From positions 1 to 64,000 of the forward strand of contig CAWJCY010000001.1 in the NCBI GenBank assembly GCA_963841565.1: a stretch of DNA of 64,000 nucleotides. Direction: 5' to 3'. Below the pieces are notes generated by a model. It saw only the letters and a list, made by a program, of their open reading frames with translations, had not been told where the DNA came from and made no database searches. How positions within the stretch are numbered: position 1 is the stretch's first letter; every line of letters starts with the position of its first letter. Positions 27,654-37,825 of this stretch are shown in pieces. The translations under genes were made by a program, and so were the position numbers. Origin of the DNA: an uncultured Nitrososphaerales archaeon (GTDB taxonomy: Archaea > Thermoproteota > Nitrososphaeria > Nitrososphaerales > Nitrososphaeraceae).

Positions 27654-28253
27654 GGTTTATACTGCTAACGATAATCAGTTGTTTCATGTGATATTTGATG
27701 GTTATCATCCTCGAAAATGATCCGGCATATATTAGAGGTCTTGTAAAGGCACACAAAAAAACAAAGGATCCAAACTTGGTACATTCGCTCAAATAGCAGT
27801 ATCTAATGAACGTGCCAACGTTGCTTACATGCGATTAGGCTTCCTTGGTTGAAAGCATTTTTGCCCCAATTCTCTAATTGTATGAGTCACTATGGGCAAT
27901 TTGATGTCGAAATATTAGAAATTCTTTTTTTTCATGAATCAAGATTTACTTAAACCACATAACAACAAGGTCATGAAAAGATACCCCTAGAGTTATTGTC
28001 ATTGCAATTGTTATCAACGCTTCCTAATCGAAAGACCCAAAATGCGTAATGAAAATATCACCTGAAAATAGTTTCTAATTTCGCAAGAAAATTTTGCTTG
28101 TAGTCGGAAGGAGACTCCATTATTTTGGTTCGTGATGGGATTACCAAGCAATGTGACAAAAATGGGTCATTTGGCAATACCCTGGCATTATATGTATTCG
28201 AATCCAAGGATTACATATTAATAAATAGAATAATCATATCAACTTACTGAGAT

Positions 28254-29261
28254 TTGATAGTAATACCAGCTTCACCTTCTCCTGAGTTTGTTGGGATAGA
28301 CAAATGGTATAATTCGGGACCCATTTCTATTGCGGAATTAAAAGGGAATGTAATTCTACTTGACTGTTGGACATATACCTGCATCTTCTGTTTAAGAATG
28401 ATTCCAATAATGAAGCAACTACAAAGGATTTTTTCTGAATATGAATTTCGAGTCATTCAAGCGCATTCTGCAGAATATGAATTTGCTACTAAGATAGAAA
28501 ATATTTCTAGAGCATTGGAAAGATATGACATTAAAAAGATCCCTGTCGGAGTTGACTCTAAAAATAAGACCTGGCAAGCCTATGGGAATATGTATTGGCC
28601 AAAGCACATCTTGATTGATTCAAATGGATTTCTTCGTTACGAACAGGCGGGTTATGGAAGTATTGAAGAATTTGTTGAGCCAATCTTAGATCTGATCCAA
28701 GAGTCCGATAGTAGTGCAGTCCATGACATCAAGAAATTTGAAAGTAGTCCTACAGACGAGATCTATGAGACCTACGGTATGCATTTTCCACAAGTAGCAC
28801 CCGAAATCTGTGTCGGTTATTCTAGGTTACAACGGTTTGGTAACAAACAGACCGTAAAGAAAAATGAGGTCAATTTTGTCCAAGATAACGGTCCTCACTT
28901 TGATAATGTCGTCTATTTGCGTGGGAAATGGATTTGGGCTAGAGAATGTGTAACGGCTCTAGAAGGCACAGTAGATAAAAATTCGGCAATCATCATGAAA
29001 TTCAATTTAGCAAAGAGAGTCCATGCAATAGTTGGAACCACTAACAATAAACCTGGAAGGTTAGAGATACTGCTAGATGGTAAGTCACTTGAAGATGATA
29101 CTCTAGGAAGAGATGCCCGCCTCCATGAAGGATCCAGCGTGGTCGATGTCAATTGGCCCTTTATACATAATTTGATCAAAACAAAAAAAGCTGAATCGCA
29201 CCTAGTAGAGATACGCCCTCTTAGTGACAACATATCATTTTATACTTTGGTGTTCGGCTAA
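28254..29261 (+). CDS. DipZ-like thioredoxin (redoxin + C-terminal domain)
   Basis: DCWTYTCIFCLR, HSAEYEF, TWQAYGNMYWP; C-terminal SFYTLVFG. Confidence 0.85.
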   Translation: MIVIPASPSPEFVGIDKWYNSGPISIAELKGNVILLDCWTYTCIFCLRMIPIMKQLQRIFSEYEFRVIQAHSAEYEFATKIENISRALERYDIKKIPVGVDSKNKTWQAYGNMYWPKHILIDSNGFLRYEQAGYGSIEEFVEPILDLIQESDSSAVHDIKKFESSPTDEIYETYGMHFPQVAPEICVGYSRLQRFGNKQTVKKNEVNFVQDNGPHFDNVVYLRGKWIWARECVTALEGTVDKNSAIIMKFNLAKRVHAIVGTTNNKPGRLEILLDGKSLEDDTLGRDARLHEGSSVVDVNWPFIHNLIKTKKAESHLVEIRPLSDNISFYTLVFG

Positions 29262-29621
29262 TCTCTGCGTGTTATGCGAAATGAAATAGGTTTATTAAAA
29301 TTATTGCATTGATTGCGCTTGCATATCGATGATGCGTAGTTGTATACTAGCTCTTAAAAAAGCGTATTAAATTTCATCAACTTAATCTTGAAGTTTGAAA
29401 TTTGAGGTTTATCTTTCTTTTCTCCTAATCGTACCTAATGCAGATCCCAACTTTCCTGTGCGTAGAAGTAGAGGTAACATCTCCTTGCTGAAAAGAGAAA
29501 ATAGCTAATCCAAGCTGGTTCAATAGCAAGCCAACTCCATAAAGTAGAAACCTAGTACCAACAAAGCATAGACTTTAAATCCTACAGTACCAACCCCATA
29601 ATTCACAGGTCTACGTAAGAC

Positions 29622-30110
29622 ATGGAATCCACTGAATCACATCATCCGGAGCAGGGCGAAATTGCACCTGATTTTAGCTTCAGAACGGCAAATGGGAAAT
29701 CCATGAAACTGTCTGATTATCGAGGAGATAGATGCATCGTACTTTACTTCTATCCCAAGGACTTTACGCCTGGATGCACAACTGAAGCAAAAGAATTCTC
29801 TTCAGACAATGATAAATTTGAAAGTAAAGGTATTACCATTCTTGGGGTAAGTCCAGATGAAATGGAATCACACTTTAAATTCAAAGAACGAATGAACATT
29901 CCGTACGAACTCATTTCAGACGCTGACCACAGGATTGCATCGCTTTACGGAACCTATGGACCAAAAAATTTCATGGGAAAAGAATACTTAGGTGTTCATA
30001 GGTCCACATTTTTAATTGGAAAGGACGGAAGGATAATCAAGGTTTTGCACCGTGTGAAGCCGCTCGGCCATAGCGAGCAGGTTATGAAAGAGTTCGGCAA
30101 TTCCTGCTAA
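29622..30110 (+). CDS. bcp: peroxiredoxin Q / BCP
   Basis: VLYFYPKDFTPGCTTEA, GVSPD, RSTFLI. Confidence 0.93.
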   Translation: MESTESHHPEQGEIAPDFSFRTANGKSMKLSDYRGDRCIVLYFYPKDFTPGCTTEAKEFSSDNDKFESKGITILGVSPDEMESHFKFKERMNIPYELISDADHRIASLYGTYGPKNFMGKEYLGVHRSTFLIGKDGRIIKVLHRVKPLGHSEQVMKEFGNSC

Positions 30111-30524
30111 GTTATTTTTTGTAGAAATTGTTTACCACATTGTTCTTAATAAGAAATCCCGATTTTCGCACTTACTTAAGGGGAACCCTAATCTAGGTTA
30201 CTACAATAGCATACAATTATAACAGATACAGCTGAGTGGAAGTCGTCCCTTGTCAACCGAAGAATATTTGATATTTGGGCTTAAAATACCAAAGGCATAT
30301 TTCATTCCGCTCTAATATGAAACACTACGGATTTCTTGTGAAGAATAATAAAATCATAATTAAGTTATTGTTTCAGTGATTTGTTTTTTCAAAATAATAG
30401 GGCCTCAGGTTCACGTGAATTTGTAAAAGCGAATAGCTCCCGCATTTCAAGATTGGATCTACTGATATAGACTGAGTGATTGATAAGTGAGGTACGATCG
30501 CATATTGTGGCCATCAAAAAAGAG

Positions 30525-30609
30525 TGCGGGAGATGGGATTTGAACCCACGAACCCCTGAGGGATAAGAGCCTCAGTCTTACGCCTTTGGCCAAGCTGGGC
30601 GACTCCCGC
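30525..30609 (-). tRNA. tRNA-Leu (GAG)
   Basis: GCGGGAGTCGCCCAGCTTGGCCAAAGGCG TAAGA CT GAG GC TCTTA, long variable arm, GTTCAAATC; T-tract downstream. Confidence 0.95.
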
Positions 30610-30757
30610 TCAATAAGTTTCGACAGTTCAGAGTAATTTGAATATAACTGTTTGAGCATTCAAATCAAATTGTCACGACAAAGTTTGACCTATCCATATA
30701 GTACTACGACCATAATTTACAGATGGTTTTTATTATCGGAACAACGATACTAGGTAA

Positions 30758-30994
30758 ATGCTTGTTCCCGTTCGTTGTTTTACTTGCGGCACCCTAGTTG
30801 CGGATAAGTATTCAGAATATGTATCAAGGGTCAAATCTGGAGAAGATCCTGCAAAAATAATGGATTCATTAGGAATAAATCGGTACTGCTGTCGCAGGAT
30901 TTTTGTTTCTACCGTTGAAACAATTGACCAAGTGATCCCATACTACGAAGCTTTGAGACGAAGAATGTCCGAAATTCAGTCGGAAATAGATTAG
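30758..30994 (+). CDS. rpoN: RNA polymerase subunit N (Rpo10)
   Basis: MLVPVRCFTCG...RYCCRR. Confidence 0.97.
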   Translation: MLVPVRCFTCGTLVADKYSEYVSRVKSGEDPAKIMDSLGINRYCCRRIFVSTVETIDQVIPYYEALRRRMSEIQSEID

Positions 30995-31013
30995 CGAAAC
31001 GTACCTTTATTCA

Positions 31014-32261
31014 ATGGCTACTATAACGGATCTTTGTTCACGTATAATCTTTAACAGTCGCGGAAGTGAAACCATTGAGATAGATGTGATAACTGATGGG
31101 AAGCACTTGGGGAGGGCTGCTGCTCCATCAGGGGCGAGTGTAGGAACGCTTGAATGCAAATCATTTCCCATGAATTCCCCTGCACGCGCCATTGAATTTT
31201 TTGAGGAAAACAAATCAAAGTTTGTAGGAGTCACTGCAGACGATCCTGAAGCATTACACATCATTATGAAGGAAGTCGACCCATCTCCCAATTATTCAAA
31301 ATTAGGTGGATCTGTCGCTTATGCTCTAAGCATTGCCTCAGTTGATTCAGCTGCCAATGCTGCACATGTGCCGTTGTTCAAACTGCTGAATAAAAATGGC
31401 CCATACAAATTTCCTTTTCCGCTAGGAAATGTACTAGGCGGTGGAGCTCATGCTGGACCAGGGACACCCGACATACAAGAAGTGCTGGTTCTTCCCATAG
31501 GGGCTGGTAACATTGTTGAAGCGTTGAATATGAATTTCAAGATCCACAAAGAAGTTAGAAATATTATCGAAAGATACGATACCAAGTTTACATATGGCAG
31601 GGGGGATGAAGGAGCATGGGCGCCCAATGTAACTAATGATGAGGCGTTGCAAATTACGGAAAAAGCCATTGGCAATGCCGGATTCGATCTGGGCCAAAGT
31701 GTAGCGATGGGCATCGACTTTGCTAGTTCATCCCTTTGGGATGACAAGGCTAAAAAATATGATTATAGCAGAAAAGGAAAGACCCTTAGTTCTGAAGAAC
31801 AGATTGACTATGTCAATAATTTGATAAAAAGTTACAAATTGCTATACGTCGAAGATCCGGTCAATGAGGAGGATTTTTCAGGGATGTCGCTACTTACCAG
31901 CGCAAATCCCGGATGTTTCGTCACAGGTGACGACATGCTAGTCACTAATGTTTCAAGGCTGACGATTGCATCCAAGCATAGAGCATGTTCTGGTGCTATA
32001 CTTAAAGTAAATCAGGCTGGATCACTGTACGATGCACTCCAGTTTGCGAATGGATGTAGAAGCGAGGGGGTGGGAATTATTACCTCCCACAGATCGGGAG
32101 AATCAGTAGATTCTCATATTGCACACATATCAATAGCCACTGGCTCTAAGATGATAAAAACTGGCATTCTAGGCGGTGAAAGGATAGCAAAATTAAATGA
32201 ATTGGTAAGGATAAGAGAGTATGGTTTAATAGAAGGCATGGCTGAAATCTGCTCAACCTAA
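31014..32261 (+). CDS. eno: enolase
   Basis: NSRG, PSGASVG, GDEGAWAP, LKVNQAG, SHRSGE. Confidence 0.96.
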   Translation: MATITDLCSRIIFNSRGSETIEIDVITDGKHLGRAAAPSGASVGTLECKSFPMNSPARAIEFFEENKSKFVGVTADDPEALHIIMKEVDPSPNYSKLGGSVAYALSIASVDSAANAAHVPLFKLLNKNGPYKFPFPLGNVLGGGAHAGPGTPDIQEVLVLPIGAGNIVEALNMNFKIHKEVRNIIERYDTKFTYGRGDEGAWAPNVTNDEALQITEKAIGNAGFDLGQSVAMGIDFASSSLWDDKAKKYDYSRKGKTLSSEEQIDYVNNLIKSYKLLYVEDPVNEEDFSGMSLLTSANPGCFVTGDDMLVTNVSRLTIASKHRACSGAILKVNQAGSLYDALQFANGCRSEGVGIITSHRSGESVDSHIAHISIATGSKMIKTGILGGERIAKLNELVRIREYGLIEGMAEICST

Positions 32262-32262
32262 A

Positions 32263-33016
32263 ATGTCCAGCGACAACGAAAGCAATAATCTTACTTTATC
32301 AGATAATTTGAATTCTGTTGAAAGTACGGAATCTTTGAAGGATTCCGAAATAAATGTTGAGTCAGCGGCATCTGACGACTCTTCAACGTCAGAGGCAACT
32401 TATGTTCCCGAGCAAGATAACCTGGAGAAAATGATACTTTCAACGGGTATTAGGGTTGGGACGCCTGTGAAAACAAAGTATATGTTGCCCTTTATAATTA
32501 GAGCGAACCCAGAAGGCCTATACATTCTCGATATTAGCAAGACTCTGTCACGCATTGATATCGCTGCCAAGTTCATAAGTCGAGCAGATATTTCCAAAGT
32601 TGCTGTTACTTCTGCAAGAGAGATACGGAAAAACTCCTGTTGAAAAATTCTGCGATCTGACTCACGCAAAATATATTCTAGGGAGATTTATGCCGGGAAC
32701 GTTTACTAATCCAGCATTGCCAAAGTACATGGAACCGCAAATAGTCATTGTAACTGACCCTCAGGCGGATCAACAGGCGGTACTGGAGGCAACTAGAGCT
32801 GGGGTTCCTGTTATTGCTATCTGCAACAGTGACAATGTGACATCAAAGGTCGATCTAGTTATCCCAGCCAATAACAGGGGCCGTAAGGCGCTAGCGACAG
32901 TGTACTGGCTACTTGCGAGAGAGGTACTGAAAAAGCAAGGAGTTATCAAGACCGACAGTGAAATGAAAATTCCAATTGAGGACTTTGAAACTAAATTGGT
33001 CGAGGAATTTAGTTGA
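32263..33016 (+). CDS. rps2: 30S ribosomal protein S2 (frameshift ~32622)
   Basis: GIRVGT...GLYILD in the first ORF and GRFMPGTFTNP...PANNRG in the second; SAREYGK is restored by deleting one base. Confidence 0.93.
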
Positions 33017-33871
33017 GTGCATATAGAAGAAAGCCCTCAGTTTCGGGTATCTTCTATTCTTCTGATAAAGAGCAACTTGTTGGCGAATTGAAAGGTTGTT
33101 TTACGAATAAAATATTTGGTCCTGGTCGGCTACCACCTTCAGACCAGGTCAGAAAAATTTATGGTATCGTTTCTCCTCACGCAGGGTATTTGTACTCTTG
33201 GGAGCGTGGCTGCCAATGGTTATTACAGCATTTCATCATCTAAATTTGACAATGTTATTCTTGTTGGTCCCAATCATTATGGGCTGGGATCTTACGTGGC
33301 TACCACAATGGATGGAATATGGGAATCTCCAATAGGCGATGTACTTGTAAATCCGCAAGTGGCAAAAGACATCTCTTCCAAAGCAAAGTCGATGGATATT
33401 GATGAGTTTGCACACAGCAGAGACCACTGTCTGGAGGTTCAGATTCCCTTCCTATTATACACTTCCAAGAAATTTAGAATTGTTCCGATAATATTAACAA
33501 ATCAAGACGAATATGTTGCCCTCGAAGTTGGATCTGCCATCTCAGATACTGTAAAAGAGTGGGCCTCTAAGGAAGAAGAGTTTATGTTAATTGCATCGTC
33601 TGATTTTACTCATTACGAATCAAATTCCGAAGCACATCGAAAAGATTCTCAGCTAATCAAGTCAATTCTCTCGCTTGATATCACTGCGTTTTATTCAACT
33701 CTACGACAGTACAACGTATCTGCTTGTGGATATGGTGCCATTGCGACGATAATGGTGGCAGCAAAAAATCTCGGAGCTACACAAGGAGAACTACTTAGAT
33801 ATGCCACAAGCGGCGATGTAACTGGAGACAAGTCTTCCGTCGTAGGGTACTCATCAATATTATTCGTATGA
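33013..33871 (+). CDS. MEMO1 family protein (frameshift ~33199)
   Basis: RKPSVSGIFY, SPHAGYLYSG, GPNHYG, EVQIPFL, ASSDFTHY, SACG. Confidence 0.92.
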
Positions 33872-33881
33872 ATTCTGTTGC

Positions 33882-34898
33882 ATGGATATCAGCTCTAGAA
33901 CCCAAGTATGTGCCTCAGCTCCTGGCAAAATCATTATTTTTGGAGAGCATTTTGTAGTTTACAACAACGAAGCCATCGTAGGAGCAATAGACAGACGTTG
34001 CTTTGGAAGAGCAAAACTTGCCAAGAATTTGGGAGTGCGGATCGATTCGAATCTTGAGATCGGTAATAATCCATATACTAAGCAGCATACCACAAATGGA
34101 AATGTTCAAGCAACCAGAAAGTTACTTGAGCCACTCAATATCTTCTGCCAAAACATTCTCAAAGAGTATGCGCCAGAAATTGGGCTTCAAATTCATATCA
34201 AGTCAGAATTAGTCGTAGGAGTGGGCCTTGGTAGTTCAGCGGCTTCATGTGTCACGCTGGCCGGTATTTTGAGGTCGATCATTTCGCGCACCGCCAGCAA
34301 AGAAATATCCCCCTTTGACAGAAAATGGATATTTGAAAACGCACTCAATGGCGAACAAATGATCCATACCAAATCATCTGGCATTGATTGCTACGTCTCA
34401 ACCTATGGCGGCCTTATTCATTTTGCAGGTTTAACTGGAACTAGTGAAATTACCTCAATAGAGAATCACCCCTTGCCACTTTTTTTGATAAACACTCGTA
34501 AGAGTCATGAAACTTCGGAATTAGTATCCCACGTGAGAAGGTTTAGTAGGAACAGGTCAAAGTACTTCAACGAATTAACAAGAGATGCATCCGCTATCTG
34601 TTCAACTGGGCTAAGGGCAATCGCTAAAGGGTCTCTGGATGAAATCGGTCGACTTATGACGGAGAATCACAAGCTGCTAAGAGAGATTGGTGTTTCCAAC
34701 AATGAAATTGAGAAGATTATCGGTATTTGTTTCAGGTGTGGAGCACTAGGAGCAAAAATTACAGGCGCCGGGGGAGGAGGTTGCATCCTTGTGTTAACAA
34801 GACCCGAGACAATCCCAGCATTAAATGCTGCCTTAAATGGTTTGAATTTATGTTCGGAGGCAATCGGCATAGCAAATAGGGGAATAATAATCGATTAA
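33882..34898 (+). CDS. mvk: mevalonate kinase
   Basis: APGKIIIFGEHFVVY, GLGSSAA, SSGID, KITGAGGGG. Confidence 0.94.
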   Translation: MDISSRTQVCASAPGKIIIFGEHFVVYNNEAIVGAIDRRCFGRAKLAKNLGVRIDSNLEIGNNPYTKQHTTNGNVQATRKLLEPLNIFCQNILKEYAPEIGLQIHIKSELVVGVGLGSSAASCVTLAGILRSIISRTASKEISPFDRKWIFENALNGEQMIHTKSSGIDCYVSTYGGLIHFAGLTGTSEITSIENHPLPLFLINTRKSHETSELVSHVRRFSRNRSKYFNELTRDASAICSTGLRAIAKGSLDEIGRLMTENHKLLREIGVSNNEIEKIIGICFRCGALGAKITGAGGGGCILVLTRPETIPALNAALNGLNLCSEAIGIANRGIIID

Positions 34899-34937
34899 AG
34901 CTTTAAATCAGTAATGAAAAATATGCCACACTAGACC

Positions 34938-35714
34938 ATGACTCAGATGTCACTTATAAAGCTCGGAGGCTCCGTGATCACGGTGAAGGATCGAGCGCTT
35001 ACCCCAAATATTAAGGCAATAGTGGGGCTCTCACGCGTGCTTGCAAAACTTGGTGATTCTCTTATCATAGTTCATGGTGGAGGTTCATTTGGTCATTATT
35101 GGTCAGTGAAATATGATATGCATACGAAGCCTGAATTGTATGATTCTCGTGGAATATCGGTGGTACATGAATCGATGGTGGCTCTAAATCAGATCGTTGT
35201 CAAATCAATGTCAGACGCCGGGCTTGTGCCTTATGGAATTTCACCTATATCCCTTTTTGAAGACGGGAAGGAAAATGTTACCAAGTTTAATGAGCTAGTC
35301 GAATTTACTCGACGTGGTATCGTGCCGGTCATTTTTGGCGACGTAGTACATATCAGTGAAGGAAGATTTTCTATTGTATCAGGCGACTCTCTGATGACAC
35401 GAATCGCTACTCACCTCCTGCCATCAAGAGTAATATTCACCGTGAATGTAGATGGTATTTACGAAGATATGAAAAATAAAAAGCTGGTAAAGGTACTGAA
35501 TTTTCCCATTAACGAAATCAGTCTCATGGATTCCACTATTGATGTTACTGGAGGTATGGGCAGAAAAATTTCAGAGGCATTTGAAATTGCCAGACTGGGC
35601 ATCGACGTTAATATAGTGAATGGACTCGACGCAAATCGTGTTTTTGATATTCTGAGGGGAGTTGAGGCAATGGGGACCATAATTCCAGCGATTCCACATG
35701 AGGGCAGGAGATGA
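34938..35714 (+). CDS. ipk: isopentenyl phosphate kinase
   Basis: IKLGGSVIT, VHGGGSFGH, SGD, DVTGGM..K. Confidence 0.92.
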   Translation: MTQMSLIKLGGSVITVKDRALTPNIKAIVGLSRVLAKLGDSLIIVHGGGSFGHYWSVKYDMHTKPELYDSRGISVVHESMVALNQIVVKSMSDAGLVPYGISPISLFEDGKENVTKFNELVEFTRRGIVPVIFGDVVHISEGRFSIVSGDSLMTRIATHLLPSRVIFTVNVDGIYEDMKNKKLVKVLNFPINEISLMDSTIDVTGGMGRKISEAFEIARLGIDVNIVNGLDANRVFDILRGVEAMGTIIPAIPHEGRR

Positions 35715-35717
35715 AAA

Positions 35718-36812
35718 GTGGCTGACCCTCTAAAAATAGACGACGAAGCCGTGAATATCATGAAAAGGAAGCAGGAGGGCATAGATATCCCCCTTAATCG
35801 TGACGTTCAGGCAAGAACTACATCTACCTTTCTTGAGTATGTGAAATTAATACACGATGCGATTCCTGAACTAAATTTTAGTGACATTGATACAACTGCA
35901 ATATTCCTAGGACATCGGTTTTCTGCGCCCCTTATCATCGATTCCATGACAGGGGGTACACAAAAGGCCTTACTGATTAACGGCAGACTTGCAGAACTGG
36001 CCGAATCCTATTCTCTTCCAATGGGTGTGGGATCTCAAAGAGCTGGTTTGGTGAGCGAAAAGCTTGCAGATAGTTATACTATAGCGAGAAAAAACGCGCC
36101 AAACGCATTTCTCATAGCTAACATAGGGGGAGCGCAACTGTCAAGTGGTCTTTCAATTGACAAAGTAAAAAAGTTGGTAGATATGATTGGTGCTGATGCA
36201 CTAGTTGTCCACCTCAATCCTCTGCAAGAGCTTGTACAACCTGAAGGGGAACCAAGGTACTCTGGAGTACTTGGATGTATATCGGACTTGGTGAAAGTTA
36301 TAGGTGTTCCGGTAATGGCAAAAGAGGTCGGAGCTGGGATATCCAGAGAGGCAGCATTAAAGTTGAGTGAAGTCGGTGTTTCTGCGATAAACGTTGCTGG
36401 AACAGGAGGCACCAGTTGGGCTGGAGTTGAGAAAGTGCGTGCGGAAAGTGCAAGCGAAAGCCTGAAAACACGTCTTGGCGAACTGTTCTGGGACTGGGGA
36501 ATACCTACTGCATTGAGCATCATAGTTGTTAGGAGGGCGCTGACAAAATTGCCTTTAATAGCCTCGGGTGGAATCCGCAACGGATTGGAAATCGCAAAAT
36601 GCATAGCAATAGGAGCGGACATGTGTGCCATGGCATATCCATTTCTCGTAAATGCAGTTCAATCAAAAGAGGCCTTGTATCAATTCGCAGACACAGTAGT
36701 AGCTGAGCTGAAGAGCACAATGTTTCTGGTAGGAGCTGCAGATTTGAACGCTCTCAAGAGCACCAAGCATATCTTGACAGGCGAATTGCTATCGGAGGCG
36801 AATGAATATTGA
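35718..36812 (+). CDS. fni: type 2 isopentenyl-diphosphate isomerase
   Basis: SMTGG, GVGSQR, HLNPLQE..QPEGE, KEVG, GGTSW. Confidence 0.95.
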   Translation: MADPLKIDDEAVNIMKRKQEGIDIPLNRDVQARTTSTFLEYVKLIHDAIPELNFSDIDTTAIFLGHRFSAPLIIDSMTGGTQKALLINGRLAELAESYSLPMGVGSQRAGLVSEKLADSYTIARKNAPNAFLIANIGGAQLSSGLSIDKVKKLVDMIGADALVVHLNPLQELVQPEGEPRYSGVLGCISDLVKVIGVPVMAKEVGAGISREAALKLSEVGVSAINVAGTGGTSWAGVEKVRAESASESLKTRLGELFWDWGIPTALSIIVVRRALTKLPLIASGGIRNGLEIAKCIAIGADMCAMAYPFLVNAVQSKEALYQFADTVVAELKSTMFLVGAADLNALKSTKHILTGELLSEANEY

Positions 36813-37816
36813 ATATTCCAGAAATCGATGAAGAAATGGAATCTACCGCATCGGATATGAATGAATATATGCTGAGGAGATTAAAGGGCAAACCTTCAGA
36901 ACTTTACTCTGCCTCGGCTCATTATATCAGCAGCGGCGGCAAAAGACTCAGGCCATTTATGGTTGTAAAGGCATGCGAGATGTTTGGTGGAACAAAGATC
37001 ATGGCTCTACCAGCAGCAGCTTCAGTGGAGATGATCCACAATTTTTCCCTCGTACATGATGACATAATGGATAATGACGATGTGAGACACAGTGTTCCCA
37101 CTGTTCACAAGTCATATGGACTACCATTAGCAATCCTCGCAGGAGACGTACTATTTTCAAAGGCATACCTGATGATCGTTGAGAATTGCGACAAGTTAGG
37201 CATCTCTAATCGTAGAATTTGTGAAATGGTTTCCAGACTCTCGAATGCATGCGTTGACGTATGTGAAGGTCAAGCTCTTGACCTTGGAATGGCGTTTGAA
37301 GATAGGTTTGTAGATGAAAAACAATACATCTCGATGATAACCAAGAAAACTGCGGCTCTATTTGGGTTGTCTTGTGCTCTAGGTGTTCTTTCTGCCCCCG
37401 CTTCTATTGAAAAAGATACGTCTGCCCTAACCCAGTTTGGAGTAAATGTTGGAATAGCATTCCAACTCATTGATGATCTTATAGGAGTAATAGGCGATGC
37501 GAAATTGACCGGCAAATCCGTTGGAAATGACCTGAGGGAAGGCAAAAAAACTTTACCCATTCTCCTGTCTTTACAAATAAGTGACAGCTACAGTAGGGAA
37601 AAGATCTTGAGGGTTTTTGCTTCTAGGAATGCCTCCAAAATGGAGATAGAGGAAGCAGTGAAAACGATTTCTACATTGGGTATTGAGGAAGCGGTCAGAG
37701 TTAATGCTAGACAACATATCCAAAAAGCTATGGAATCGATCTCTCGGTATGATGATAGTATAGCAAAGAGAAAGATTATTGCTTCTGCTCATTTCATTGT
37801 TGAAAGGATGGTCTAG
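36809..37816 (+). CDS. idsA: geranylgeranyl diphosphate synthase
   Basis: GGKRLRP, HNFSLVHDDIMD (Phe five residues before FARM), FQLIDD, DLREGKKT. Confidence 0.92.
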   Translation: MNIPEIDEEMESTASDMNEYMLRRLKGKPSELYSASAHYISSGGKRLRPFMVVKACEMFGGTKIMALPAAASVEMIHNFSLVHDDIMDNDDVRHSVPTVHKSYGLPLAILAGDVLFSKAYLMIVENCDKLGISNRRICEMVSRLSNACVDVCEGQALDLGMAFEDRFVDEKQYISMITKKTAALFGLSCALGVLSAPASIEKDTSALTQFGVNVGIAFQLIDDLIGVIGDAKLTGKSVGNDLREGKKTLPILLSLQISDSYSREKILRVFASRNASKMEIEEAVKTISTLGIEEAVRVNARQHIQKAMESISRYDDSIAKRKIIASAHFIVERMV

Positions 37817-37825
37817 ACTCTCAGG

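Noticed and set aside
27654-30524. Long AT-rich intergenic gaps (27654-28253, 29262-29621, 30111-30524) as possible ncRNA or CRISPR loci
   Set aside because: No repeat-spacer periodicity, convincing C/D boxes or stable structure was visible by eye.
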